DNA of 53,258 bases, counting the filler, from Sphacelaria rigidula (taxonomy: Eukaryota): the NCBI GenBank assembly GCA_964200075.2. It is 4 parts of 4 records of this genome, joined end to end, with 100 filler letters (N's around TTAATTAATTAA, not from the genome) between each part and the next. Parts side by side here need not be neighbours in the genome. Positions count along the whole stretch, not along the records: positions 1 to 13,242 come from CAXNAA020003036.1; 3 more parts are not named here. One strand, written 5' to 3'. A program made the position numbers and the translations under genes. The notes under the pieces were generated by a model, which did not search any database, was not told where the DNA came from, and saw only the letters and a program-made list of their open reading frames with translations. Below, piece after piece: positions 1-12,309 of this stretch. How positions within the stretch are numbered: the first letter of the stretch is position 1; the number at the start of each line of letters is the position of its first letter.

Positions 1-309
1 AGGGTGAGCTGCATCCTGCTGCTAAGATTGTTCGGCCCGAAGCCTACTGATTATCTTGCATTTGGATGACAGCCCCCAATGAGTTGCTTTTTTTTCTAGT
101 ATCGCCACTTCCAGGGACAGCCACGTCTTATACACTGCCTCACGGATGTCTTACCATGTAAACACTACGTAGTACGATCATCGCTACTGCGCGGAGTTGA
201 GGTTCTCCCATGCCGCACAACATGATCTAGCTCGACCACCATCATAGCTACCGCAGAAAAAAAACGCAAGCGCGCGAAAAAAAGCGGTAACGTAGTTGCC
301 TAGCTTACG
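1..309 (+). repeat. Dispersed repeat (unclassified), truncated by window start; inverted copy at 39539-39847
   Basis: Bases 1-309 align along their length to the reverse complement of 39539-39847 (e.g. agattgttcggcccgaagccta vs taggcttcgggccgaacaatct). Confidence 0.9.
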
Positions 310-354
310 TAGTGAGAGACGTAATTTATAGCGCCGTCGAAAACCGACGCTAAT

Positions 355-386
355 CCCATCGGGGGTCCGCCCCTACAAAGCCAGGA
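355..386 (+). repeat. Short dispersed repeat, also at ~13348-13380
   Basis: cccatcgggggtccgcccctacaaagcc is shared with the start of the contig after the first gap. Confidence 0.75.
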
Positions 387-1405
387 CGGAGCACGCCGGG
401 TTTTCGCCGAACCAGGCTGAGTGGGTGGGTAAAAGTCGTGCACGTGTGATATCTGTTTTCGTTCACAGCAGTATTTGGTCTCATCTAAAACGGCGGGGGA
501 TACTCATGTGTACGCATTTATCATTGAATTTAGCAGTTAGTTTTCTCCACGAGCTTGGACCAATGTCTGTGAAAATGATTAAAAGATAAAAGGTCAAGAT
601 GGTCACTGTGGGCCGGCAATCGGAATCTCCGCGGCCATAAAAAAGGTAGCCGCAAGGTACGTCTAGTTTCCGGAAGGGCAGAGACGAGCGAACGAGTAGT
701 AGACGTGCACCACGCATAGAACAAAACGCACCCCAATGCCGTAACGCCATGCAGACAAGGGCGCGGAAATGGCATATTTTCTGAATCCAAGTAAAAACAG
801 AACGCATCCTCAATCCCAGCGAACTGCCTCTGGAGCGTTGACAAAGGCGACAGAAAGAATAGACTCTAGCTCAAGTAATGACGAATGCTGACCTGCGTCA
901 GCAGCCCCAGGGGACTTCCCAGCTGCATCCTCAGGAAAATGAGCTATATAATAGTTAGATGTCCAGTAAACTGGGATGTTTGCTGTACTGAATTATACGT
1001 GAAATCAAAGTATAATTCCCTTTTCTGCTACGCAACGCATTTCCTGCACCGTGTATTGTGAGGTACGATGATACAACACACTTCGGTACGATATGGAGTC
1101 ATCTCACATGCATGCATGTAACTACTGTACCATCAACAGTCACGATAAACCATGCGGCTCACACAGCATACGGTTCCACTCCCATGAATGCTACTACTTA
1201 CCCAAACGGAATGCTTTACCACACTAGCCGCTGGTAGAAGGGCGGGGTGTCTATGCCCGAAAAATATCCAAGAGAAGGCCGCACGACGAGTAGGATGATG
1301 GCGATACTAGTCGCAAGCGAACCTGAAATACTGCGCTAGCCACGTGTCAAAGTCTCACAGCACATATCCGTGTTTGTTTGGGGTCGGCGTCTAACACACA
1401 TGCAG

Positions 1406-1852
1406 TGCTTCTGTGGTGTGGAAGGTGATACCCCTGATGCCCTGGGCGAGGCTACGTGCGACATGGATTGCGCCGGCGACTCGAGCGAGACTTGTGGTGG
1501 GAGCAACGCAATCAGTGTCTACATCAACGACGTCAGCATCGAACTAATCGAATCTGTTTCCACAGACGACAGAGATGCTGCTGTCACCATCACTGACGAT
1601 GCCAGTAGCGACGACAGCAGCGACGACAGCAGCGAAGACAGCGTCGACCTCAGCGATGCTGCGACCATCCCTGCCTATGCCAGCAGCGACAACACGCTCG
1701 ACTTGAGCGATGCTGCTACCATCACTGTCTACGCCAACAGCGATAACATCATCGACTTCAGCGATGCTACTCCCAGGGGCTGCTGGACCGACGTGAGCTC
1801 GAGCCGACTCTTCGGGGTAATGGACGCAAGCGACGTCGGTATGACCACTGAG
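1406..1852 (+). CDS. Internal exon of a multi-WSC-domain (carbohydrate-binding) protein: end of one WSC domain, acidic linker, start of the next
   Basis: Acceptor tgcag|TGC and donor GAG|gtatta, both phase 0. Translation CFCG..CDMDCAGDSSETCGGSNAISVY (WSC C-terminal half) ... GCWTDVSSSRLF..MTTE (WSC N-terminus). Confidence 0.9.
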
Positions 1853-2019
1853 GTATTACTACAACAAAACGACGAGGCGCGGGGAAAATCAATAACTGAT
1901 GATTGCCTAGTATTTCCATTATTTGCGAATACAAGCACAGGGGCAACACCGCTGCATACGACTTTTTTGGCTTCTTGTTCGAGCGTGTGCGAGAACAAGC
2001 TTTCCTCGTATATATCTAT

Positions 2020-2130
2020 CAGTTTTTGGTTTTTTTGGGTACGTCTATCATGACACCACGGCTGGACCCCTGGGGGGTCAGTTGAAGTGCGACAATCAAT
2101 CACTCGATCAATGAATCAATCGAGCAACCG
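2020..2130 (+). mobile_element. Short interspersed retroposon-like repeat with (CAAT)n-like tail, family A
   Basis: Core tacgtctatcatgacaccacggctggacccctggggggtcagtt..cgacaatcaatc. Related copies at ~2945-2985, 3230-3310, 29120-29215(-), 49075-49165(-) and 50070-50165(-). Confidence 0.75.
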
Positions 2131-2349
2131 ATCTATCAGTGAGCCCGTCCTCCCGCGATGTCTCGGAGTTTTCAAAACGAAAACATGTTTGTCGGTGTCA
2201 GTTATCATCAGTACCTTGGGGTGGCAGGCGATGGGCCCAATGACAACTGTATATTCGTGAACGAAGGGCAGATAAAGGAGGTTTGACTTTGAACCGATTG
2301 GTTCCATCATGATCGCTTCCACTGTTCTCAGGTTTTGATGCACTGTTTT

Positions 2350-2580
2350 CTTTGATCTCATTGATTTCCATAGGGATTTATTCACCTGACTTCATCGATC
2401 TCATCGATTTCATTGGTTTCATAAACTTCTATTGGTTTCGGTTGATTGATTTCACACTGATTGATTCCGCTGATCCCATTTCATTGATTTTATATATTGA
2501 TTTCATTGGTCTGGTTGATTATTTCGAGCTAATTGATTCCATTGACCTAATTGATTTCATTGATTTCGTTGACTCCATGC
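2350..2580. repeat. Degenerate low-complexity array (ttcattgat/catcgattt-like units); similar array at ~3310-3460
   Basis: Repeated attgatttc/atcgatttc motifs give the artefactual ORF 'FIDLIDFI'. Confidence 0.7.
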
Positions 2581-3170
2581 TTTCCCTTTCCCCACATCTC
2601 CTCATTTTTCTCTCCACGCATGTTTTTCCTGCCCGTGTATGCCAGAGAAGATTGGTGTCTCGCTTCCGTAGGGTCGATGGATTAGAGGGTTCATACGTAC
2701 CCAAAATTATGCGGTCGTGGTAAATGAACCGTACTCTTTTTCCACGGCCTTCTGTTTTCTACGACTTGGTTTGAGCGTGGTTCTGCGCAGGACCATTTGG
2801 ACCGAAGCCACGTGGCAGGGGCTGGCCATATTTTCTGTTTTGTCGTTCCTTTTCTTTTCTCGAGTCTACTCTGTTGTTCTGGTTCACCTTTTCTATTTTC
2901 TTCGCTTTTTCTTTAGCCAGTGTTTCAGCTCTGTCTTGTCTCGGGAACGCTATCATGCGACCATGGCTGGATCCATGGAGGGGGGGTGTACTCATGATCA
3001 TGCTTGCCATAGTCATCAGACCATTGACCTCGCAGATCCATGGAGGGGGGGGGGGGGGGGGGGCTGCTTTGTTGTGTGCCGGGTGCGGGTGCCNNNNNNN
3101 NNNGCTTGTGGTCGGCGATTTTCGTGCGCTTCTCTGGGGGGGGTGGGGGGGGGGGGTGGGGGGGGGGGGG

Positions 3171-3233
3171 TACTCATTTGTTGCTTGCCGTAGTCGTTCG
3201 ACCATTGATCACGCATCCCTTTCGAGACGGAGC
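3171..3233 (-). mobile_element. Isolated 3' tail of LINE family B, followed by a C-run (G-run on +)
   Basis: tactcatttgttgcttgccgtagtcgttcgaccattgatcacgcatccctttcgagacgg matches the reverse complement of the LINE end at ~49270-49335. Confidence 0.8.
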
Positions 3234-4512
3234 TGGATCCCTGGGGGGTCTTGAAAGTGATACGGTCAATGAATCAATGAATCAATGAATCAATGAATCA
3301 ATGAATTATACTGATTTATGTTATTGATTCGACCCATCTCATTTGATCTAGTGGGTTTCATTGAGTTCGTTGATCTCATATCGATTTCATCGACGCCATT
3401 GATGTAACCGATTCCATCGATTTCATCGGGGTTTTTTATTTCATGGATTTCCTCGACTGCATACGGCCGCAATCACGGACTTCACTTCTCGAGCAAATGA
3501 TGAAGAAAAGGTGGCGACTACGCGGGAGTACGAGCAAGGTTCCGAAAACACCGTCGGACAGGGCCGTTAATCCGTTTATTATCCTGTTAGCTTTTGCTTT
3601 GTGAGTGTCAATACCCACAGTACCTAGCCATACCATTTCAGGATATCCCGTGTTTATTTCCTTATGGCGAGGTTTGCATCGGTATTTGTGAAGAAGACGG
3701 TATCTGAAATTGTCCAGCCAGGTATTTATTTGAAAAACAAAAAATCATTCAAACTCAGGGACTGTCTAAGACCACCTTTGACAGAGTTACAAGGTAACAC
3801 CTGCGAATTATACCCCATAGCCGACGGTGCAGTGGGGGTCCCACATGGCATAGCCGCACTGTGATCGTATCCCCGCATATTTTTAATAATTACTTTTACT
3901 TCATCGAATGTCGTATATATGACCGTATTAGGTGAAATGTGGAATTACGACAACCAATTTACCACTCGCTTTGACAACGTTTAATATAAATATACGTACG
4001 TATTATGTGTGTACGATTTCATTGGCTGCATCTGGTTGTGTGCTCATTTTCTGTTCCACGTGCTTGTAGCAACGGCGAAATAACGCCCGGAAGATTGTCT
4101 GCGACTTGTAGTATGTGTGCCCTGCCGTAATCTTCGAGAGGTTGGTGAGTCGAGAAACCTAGCAGAGAGAGGAATGTCGACATAAAGCTCTTCACAGAGA
4201 TACACTATAATTGGTATTATCGAAATTCAAAACGAAATCTCAAACCGGACTACTGTGATTATCAGCCGTTAAATATACTCAGATACTGCTGTCTGTGTAT
4301 ATAGACATCTATTTCACTTTAGCGAGATATGCTCATCTTGATAACTGCGGCGTGCGAAGCAGCAATATACGGGCTAAACGCGATGCCCTTTCGCCGTCTG
4401 TGACCACCATCCATCTCCTAGTATAGCCATCGTTTACGCCCCATCTCGGCCGCCGTGTCCGCCCTCCCTCCGATGCATGCACCCTACCTATGTTGACCTT
4501 TACACAATACAG

Positions 4513-4569
4513 ATGTGCGAATCCACCTGCCTCGGCAGTCTATTCTTCGGGACTCAGTTCGGCACGGAG
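4513..4569 (+). CDS. 57-bp exon encoding the middle of the second WSC domain
   Basis: acag|ATG..GAG|gtaaga, phase 0-0. MCESTCLGSLFFGTQFGTE continues MTTE with the WSC C-x3-C..FGTQ[YF]G.E motif. Not in the ORF track. Confidence 0.88.
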
Positions 4570-6130
4570 GTAAGACGACCATTGCATAATCTTACATGAG
4601 TCATTCCATTGGGGAGGGGGGGGTAAAGGGGAGGGGTCTACCAACTTGCTGCCCGAACACACTCTACACCTTGTCGCTGACATGAAAAGTCGTTCGAGAC
4701 CGTACATCGCTACTCGAGTGATCTCGACGTCGATGTGTAGCGACGTCTTGATACGAGGCAGTAGCTTGACGACGACGCCTGCTCCACGAAAGTACACGTA
4801 CAGAGATCCGTAATTTAACATCGTGCCCCCCTTAACTCTGGTTTGTTCAGCCAACACCTCTACACCTCCCCCCCACCACCGTAGAGTGGCTAGGGTGACG
4901 TGAACTGTGTTATGCAAGGCATCATGCAGTACAATACGTCATCATGTGAATAATACGCATGTGAGTATTTCTGACGTCGCTACTTCTGTCCATTCTCCCC
5001 CATCTTTCTCCTCTCCCGAGTATCCTTCGCGAGTATTTTCATTCAGTTACCTCGGTTGGTAGTAAGTCTATTTAATAACCAAGGCTAGATCCGTAGCGGA
5101 TCAGAAAATATGCGACAATCTATCAATCAATCGGCAAACCAATCAGCTAATCAATTAACCAAAAATCAAGGTGAGAGGCTCAAAATACAGGTGATTACCT
5201 ACCTCAGACTACGGGAAGATGAACCAAAATCCGTGTAGAAACAAACTATCTGTGTAAAACAAAACCTCCATGGAAAAATGGGCTGATAAAAGTGCATATT
5301 ATAGAGTAATCATGCGACTGCTCCAACTGCGGATCGTCCGCCCGCCTTTGCTTTTCTGGCATTTCAAGGACCCCTAGCAAGTATCTAAATATTCGGGATA
5401 TCTGGTCACATTACCGCGCTGGCCAGATCCCCCCGGCCGTTAAAGTCAGTCTCGAGCGGTAATACCGATCAAGGAGTGTTCACGCGCCCTTGCGTCTGCC
5501 GCAGATTCAGACGGCAACGAAATAATCATTTTTCATGAGTTCAATTTATTAGAACAGCACAGCGCATTTTCAATCTAAAAGCAATATCACCCCTGGTGTG
5601 TGGCGAAAGAGGTGATTTGACAAAACTGTTACACGGATAGACGAAATACTTTGAGGCTCCGCCTGAGGCTCCGCCTCAAGCAGAAAATAGTTCGAAGTAT
5701 GCTGTTGTTGTCGATCTCGGGGGTGAAGCTGGGCAAATACTTGCGGACAGTGATCTCACGACGATAATGGTCGGTGTTGGTTTTTACTAAGTTGTTGCCA
5801 GCAGGAGTCACTTTCGGGCAACAGTTGGCCTGCCCCCTAGCTTGAGATGGTGGGTGTAAACAATAGCGCAACACAGATAGGAGAAACAGGGCTCAGTTAT
5901 CGAATAATTGATGGATTGCCAGGTGAGATCGACAAACTCCGTAGATTGTTCTTGTTCATCCCCACCAATGCAGTTTGGCCGCCCACTGAGCGTCACGTGC
6001 TTGACCACAATCAGGTTCTAGGGGGGCTGGTTCCGGTAACTTGAAGATTCAAAAGAATAGGCGTCTTTCAAAAGGATCCATCACATAGCGGCATGGCTCA
6101 CAGGGCATGATATATGCTGTCGTATTTTTC

Positions 6131-7299
6131 CACACCCTGGACAATACAACATGTAATATATATATATATATATATACTGCCCGCTCAATATGCCGACGCG
6201 TCGGGTGGTCAATATATATATTGAGCGATTAATATGATGGCACGAGAGAAGGTCAACATATATTGTGCCATCAATATGTCAAGTCTCGCAACATGCAATA
6301 TATATATATCGGCCGAACAATATATCACGGCACGCGCCACCTCAATATATTTTGACCGAGTAATATGTTGGTGCAGTACGGCGTCAATATATATTATCTA
6401 GTAATATGTGGGCTGCCAAATGAGATCAGTATATATTGATGATTCAATATCTTCAACACCCGAAGCGCCAATATGTATTGCCACCCCAATATGTCGTGCG
6501 TCAATGCACCCAATATATATTGGGCGGACGATATACGAGGGAACGGAAGGTCACAATACATATTGGTGTAGCAATGTATACATATATATATAGATTGATT
6601 TTCAACATGTAGATTGGAAAGTGTATTGGAATTAGTATGATGAACAGCTTTATGTTCGCGAGCGCCATTGAAATAAGCATCACCACATGCAGAAAACGCT
6701 CAATATATTCATCCGCGAGCGTATTCAATATATACTGGCTGCACAACAGCTATGCGATGAGCGTGCGCAATATGTTTTGGAAAAACAATACTTTTGCATC
6801 GTTTGCGTTCAATATGTATCATGGTAACAATATGTTACGCATCGCTTCGACTCAATATATACTGACGCTCCAATACATACACGGCCGGCATGCACAATGT
6901 ATATCGAATGCTTTGTTCCCGGAGCAAATGCATGTCCAATATATATTGTCTTCCCTTTGTCCAATGAATGACATTCACCAGCCAACCAACCAATTATTTA
7001 ACCAACCAACCAACCAACCAATTAGTCAACCAACCAACCAATTAATGCATGAAAAAGTATTTTGTTTTCCCTTCGCATCTAATATTGTGATATATTTTTG
7101 TGCACCTAGAATCGTGAGGAGCCCCTGAACTATTGTCATGCATTACTCCACGATCATGACACGAGACATATTTGTTGTTGCTTCAATGTCTCCGAGGACA
7201 TCTCAACACAACATACTACATTGAAAGGACAACATTTGCGCTGTCTCCAATACAAAATATTGGTATCACATTGGAATATATTGTATTGTCCAGGATATG
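6131..7299. mobile_element. Non-autonomous TIR element with dense internal caatat/atattg motif arrays
   Basis: Left end cacaccctggacaatacaa, right end ttgtattgtccaggatatg, and many caatat(at)attg motifs inside. A short derivative with similar ends lies at ~10119-10232. Confidence 0.6.
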
Positions 7300-7439
7300 A
7301 GCAACACAGCACCGGTGACCACAGGGGTACCAAAAGACGCCTATCGGCCCGCATTTTCTGTCGTCGTGATGTTTACCGAAGATATATTACATGCTGTAAA
7401 GGGGATGGACGGCCCCGCACCGGTGGCCAGATAGGTATC

Positions 7440-7960
7440 AGAGGGCATATATACCGGTTCGCCTATTCTGCCATCATATTTTCTGACCAACATATATATA
7501 TATATATATATACATACATATATATATATATATCAAACGCGTCCGACAACTCTTCGTCGCAATGCGTACGAACTTCTGCAACTTCCTTCCAAGCTTTTCC
7601 CAATCTGCACGGGCTCCGGCATCCACCGCGCCTGGACCTTTCCTACAGTATACACCATACCTGTAATATCCGATATATGTTGACCCACTCATAAATTGGC
7701 ACCCACGTAGACCCGATATATTTCGACCGGTCAATATGTTCTCACCAATGCGACCCTAATATATATTGGTCGTGCAATATGCCACCGCCCACACTGCCCC
7801 GATATGTTTTGATGGGACAATATGTGTTCAACCCCGCGGTACCAATATATATATATATATATATACATATTGGGCGGGCAAAATGTATACAGTCCCACGA
7901 CATCAATATATATTGGGCGCGCAACACGTGTGCAGTCCAAAGGTACCGATATTCCAATTT
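7440..7960. repeat. Second caatat/atattg-rich block with (TA)n microsatellites, related to 6131-7299
   Basis: Same motif spacing (aatatatattgg, caatatg). Confidence 0.6.
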
Positions 7961-8026
7961 CACGAAGTGAAGTTGGTTTCTGCTGGGGGTAAAAATTTGA
8001 CCAAGAGGTTTTTTGGGACTCCATTA

Positions 8027-8130
8027 TTGCGTCGTGATTCTTGCGTCGTGATTCTTGCGTCGTGATTCTTGCGATTGGATCCTTGCGATATTTTTTTTGC
8101 GTCGTGGTTCTTGCGATCGAATCCTTGCGA
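8027..8130. repeat. 14-bp minisatellite (ttgcgtcgtgattc)n with degenerate units
   Basis: Three perfect units followed by variants. Confidence 0.85.
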
Positions 8131-9714
8131 CAATTTTTTTGCCAGATTTTCTCAGTCTAAAACCCTCATCGATTTCGGTTTTTGGGGAATAACTTCGCCA
8201 AACGGACACCAAACGCATCCTGCTCCAAGGGGCACCTGGACACATAGCAGCTGCCGCTGCCTACCTAGTATCATCCTCCAAATCGAACTCTTGAGTGCTA
8301 AGCCCATCGTTTGGTGCCCATGTATAAGGAAGGGTGATGGTCATCTAGTATCATGCTCCAAAACGTACCTGACAAGCAGGCAACACCCCCGTACAGACAG
8401 TAGTAATGCTAGCAGATCCTACGTCCTGAGAGTCTGTGAAAGTCTGGCAGCTGGCAAGGTGGTTATGGCAGTGTCCTTTCAGCAATGTCAACGTACATGA
8501 CACCGGAGCAGAGTTTGCAGTTGAATATTTAGGCGGTTTCTTGCTCCAAGGGGCACCTGGACACACAGCAGTTGCCGCTACCATCTGCTCACTTCCATAC
8601 CAAGCGGGGTGGGGATATACAGTCTATTTTTGAACAACACAGATTACAGTCAGTAAAGCGATTTTGCGATCATAGTCCATTCTTTTGAAGAAAATACTCA
8701 TCGCCACGGCCATCGAGGTTTTGCCTCTTCTGCGCAAAGACGACAGCTACAATTGTACCGGATAAATTGTTTTTTTTCATCAGGATGCGAGTTTTATAAC
8801 GAATTAAGCAAAAAAAACATGCTTTTTTGTTTGTTTGCGATTTTCTCTATCACCCTAACTTCTTTGGGAAAACATTCCGGTCCGATTGTAGCTGGACAAA
8901 TACACGCCGGTGAGTAGCCGAGCCACGCCGTTGTCCGTACACTGGAACGAGAAAACTTTGAGACCGTGAAATGGAAACCCTACTCAAATGAAACGTACTT
9001 GAAGGGATTTTACGGCGTGCATAGTCAGGGGATGAACGAGATCTCCGGTCTGTTCGTGCTTTTGGTCGGTGACACTTTTTGAGCTCATTTTGGTGGGTCA
9101 GGCGCGCCCATAACAATAGTATCGGCTCCACGCCCGTAGGGTTACCTCTGCATTGAATTAAATGAAACGCATTGAATTAAATTACACGCGCGGAGAGCGT
9201 TATGTTCGAGCAGCAAGCGCGCTAGCGTTTCCCTTGTTGTCGACATCGTGCCAGCGCGCTTGTGCCTGAAGCGCTGTACCCCCCTGTGGCAGCCCGTCAC
9301 GGTAGTGCTCCTCATGTTTCATCACGCTTTATTCGAAAACACGCAGAAGAGATGCCAGCGAGTCCATCGTTGTTGCACTTGGATTGTGGTGAACCAGCTG
9401 TTTTTTTATAGAACCCCGCACGCTGTGTGTTGTACCAAATACTGTAGTATACCGTACCAGTTCAAAAACGGATACTGTATGCATTATGTATAGGCCATCG
9501 ACATGCTCTGGTTATCATGGCCTGTGTACGACGTGCGGGAAGCGTAGCGTTTATCAGGGAATGCTAGGACTGAACCATACTGCAGTACAGGCAGTATGAA
9601 ACACGTGATTCGAACGAGACACAAAACGAAACATTTACATCATGCTAAATACCTGGGCGTTTTGGTACTGAAACGAGCCCACCGGTCCCTCCACTGCCCA
9701 CCTTACGAAGATAA

Positions 9715-9990
9715 CAAGGGACGAATCAATGATTCGTTCGGAAATCGTTCGGTTTTTAGTGTAATTGATTCGTACCGTACGAATCAATCCTTAGGCTTTG
9801 TTTTCAGCGTTGCAACCCAGGTACGCGTAGCACAGGCACGTGGAATGGCGGGGAAAGCTGCGTGAAGACCTGTTTGACCAGCGGTCGACTTTTTTCTCTC
9901 TTTCCAGCAATGAGGCCTAAGAAATTGTGGATTTGGTGATTCAAATCGGCGATGATTCGTCCGAACCATGAAAGATAGATTCCACGTGTG
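9715..9990 (+). mobile_element. Dispersed MITE-like repeat, family C; inverted copies at ~26060-26280 and ~49780-49995
   Basis: Shared core gattcgtaccgtacgaatcaatccttaggctttgttttcagcgttgcaacccaggtacgcg, with palindrome attgattcgtac-c-gtacgaatcaat at 9764-9788. Confidence 0.75.
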
Positions 9991-12264
9991 AATTACAAAA
10001 TAAGTTACGGGCAGACCTTTTCACTTTAGAAAAGAAGGGCCCAGCCGAGACCACTCTGGTTCCCCTACCGAAATCCGAGACAGCAACGTCACGAACACCG
10101 AAATAAATTGTAATTGGAAGCGTCCTGGACACAGGGCAATCTATACATATATATTACGCCGGCAATTTATCGCAATATTTCAATATAATCGACGTTTACA
10201 TTTAGAAAACATACTGTCTTGTCCAGGGTGTGTATTTTTCACAACACCCCCCTTCTCGGGGATAGTCGTAGTCCAAGGGTGTCAATCAAGCTGTATCTCC
10301 CCCGGTTACAGTTAACAGTGTTTTTGTTATATTGAGAGTGGAGCGTTGATTGAGAGTGGGTTTGGTGATTCGCTTCAACTTGACCAATTCCTCATTCTGT
10401 ATGTGCTTTTCTCTGCCTTCAACAGTGGCTTGTGCTTACCTACACATCGACATCTTAATCAGGAATATCAAGGGCTCCAGTGGCAAGAAACTGCAGAAAA
10501 CATATCAGGCCCCATGGAGATGCATTTCGGGACTGAAACTGTTCATTCAGTAATTAACCGCATTTCACTCTCAATCGTATCCTCTACTTTCAATCTCACG
10601 AAAACGCTGTTAACTGTGCACGCCAACGACGGCAAATGAAGCCGCTATCTCGCAGCCCGCCCGCTTCCGTCGACCTTCATCGATATTTCTTCAGTGTTTT
10701 CTTGTCCACAACGTCGTACAGTGGTTATCGAATCGTCGTACCTTCAACGGGAAACCGAAATGGGAGGCCGAACGAACTAATTTGGAGTATGACTATCACA
10801 AAGCGCTTGGATTTTAGGTTTTGGCAGTTGATGATATTGCTGTGCATAGCAACAACAGAAAAACGCCGCCCTCGACCCTACTCCCGTGCTTCTCGATACT
10901 ACTTCCGCTTGTCCGTTTATTGATCGGTTGGTTGTGGTACATAACGTGATCCATTACGAATATAACTGAGGTCACGACATGTATGTATCCCACGGGAACG
11001 TCAACCGATACGGGATACTTGACAACGAAACGCGCTCGAGAAAAAGGCGCGCAAGACGGAAAATGAGGGTAGGAGAGTACGCAGAAAAAAGTGATGCTCT
11101 AGCTACATATTTCACACATTCGTCGCGGGCTTTGTCCACTCCAACTACATTTGCTACAGTGAGTCATCATCTAGAGGAATTGTTTTGTCTGTGAACATGT
11201 AGATTGCTCTGCTTTGCATCGCGCTTCCAATTTTCTCTTCATTTGTTCTGATGGAAAAGGAGCATTATCGGCCCGCAGCAATCGTTCAAGCTATCGCACG
11301 GTGCAAACGGCCTCGTAGCGGTCGAGAAACGCGCCTGCTGCACAGTACCACAAAATACCGCCAACCGACTAGAGGTGGACATAAGCTATGTCCAAGTCGC
11401 GAGTTGGACATAGCTTATGTCCACCTCCAGGGACTGCAGACATATTGGACTAACCGCCACTTCGAGAATCGCCGCATCTTTTACCTGTGCGCAGACAGAG
11501 CTGGGCTTCGATCTGGACGAAACTGCTTGTCGATGAGACTCAGCACTGGTCGTTGTGGGGGCATTCATTCATCCCAAAGTGATTTTTTGAAAAGTAATAA
11601 TCACTTCTGATAAGACCCCGCCTCACCGATATGGACGGTGAATCTCTGGAGCACGCCCGGAGAATTTTTGGGTAATTTGTGGCAAGTTAGTTAAAAAGCT
11701 GTGCATTCGCCCGACCGGAGACATTTTCACCCGACCGGAGACCCTACTCCCCGACGCAAGACAGCAAGGCAGAGAGACTGTGTCTCGACACACAGGGCCG
11801 GCAAGGACGAGTGTGTCTTTTTGCTCGATCGTGCTCTGCATACAGACGCTTGCGGCGTTTGGGCACGGGGCTTCGAGGTTGAATTGGGTTGTGCGAAGAG
11901 CGACTTTTCAATACACATGGAAACAGATGAAAAATACGAGCCGACGTGTTGTTAACCCTGTACACCACCCGCGGGCACAAAACATGAGAAGCACGGGAGT
12001 ATAGTTCATACCAGACTCACGGTAGTAGACGCATTACGCGTTACCGACGTCACCACTATAACTCATCTGCACGTGCTAGGGCCGCCATGCCACACGCGCG
12101 CTCGAGTCACCATAGGCCACAAATATGCCAATATGTAAACGCGCGGAGAACAAAAATATATCCTTGTGTGAAACGTTAAAAGATATTCTGTCTACGTCGC
12201 CGCGCTACAGGCGGGCACAAGAACAGCAGTCCTAAACATCCAAAAATCCCTCCAACCCACCCAC

Positions 12265-12309
12265 CGCGTGCAAGCGCGTGCAAGCGCGTGCAAGCGCGTG
12301 CAAGCGCGT
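12265..12309. repeat. 10-bp tandem repeat (cgcgtgcaag) x ~4.5
   Basis: Read directly from the sequence. Confidence 0.9.

Noticed and set aside
1044..1106. Possible upstream WSC exon (CTVYCE..THFGT)
   Set aside because: The motifs are split by a stop and a frame change, and there are no clean splice sites.
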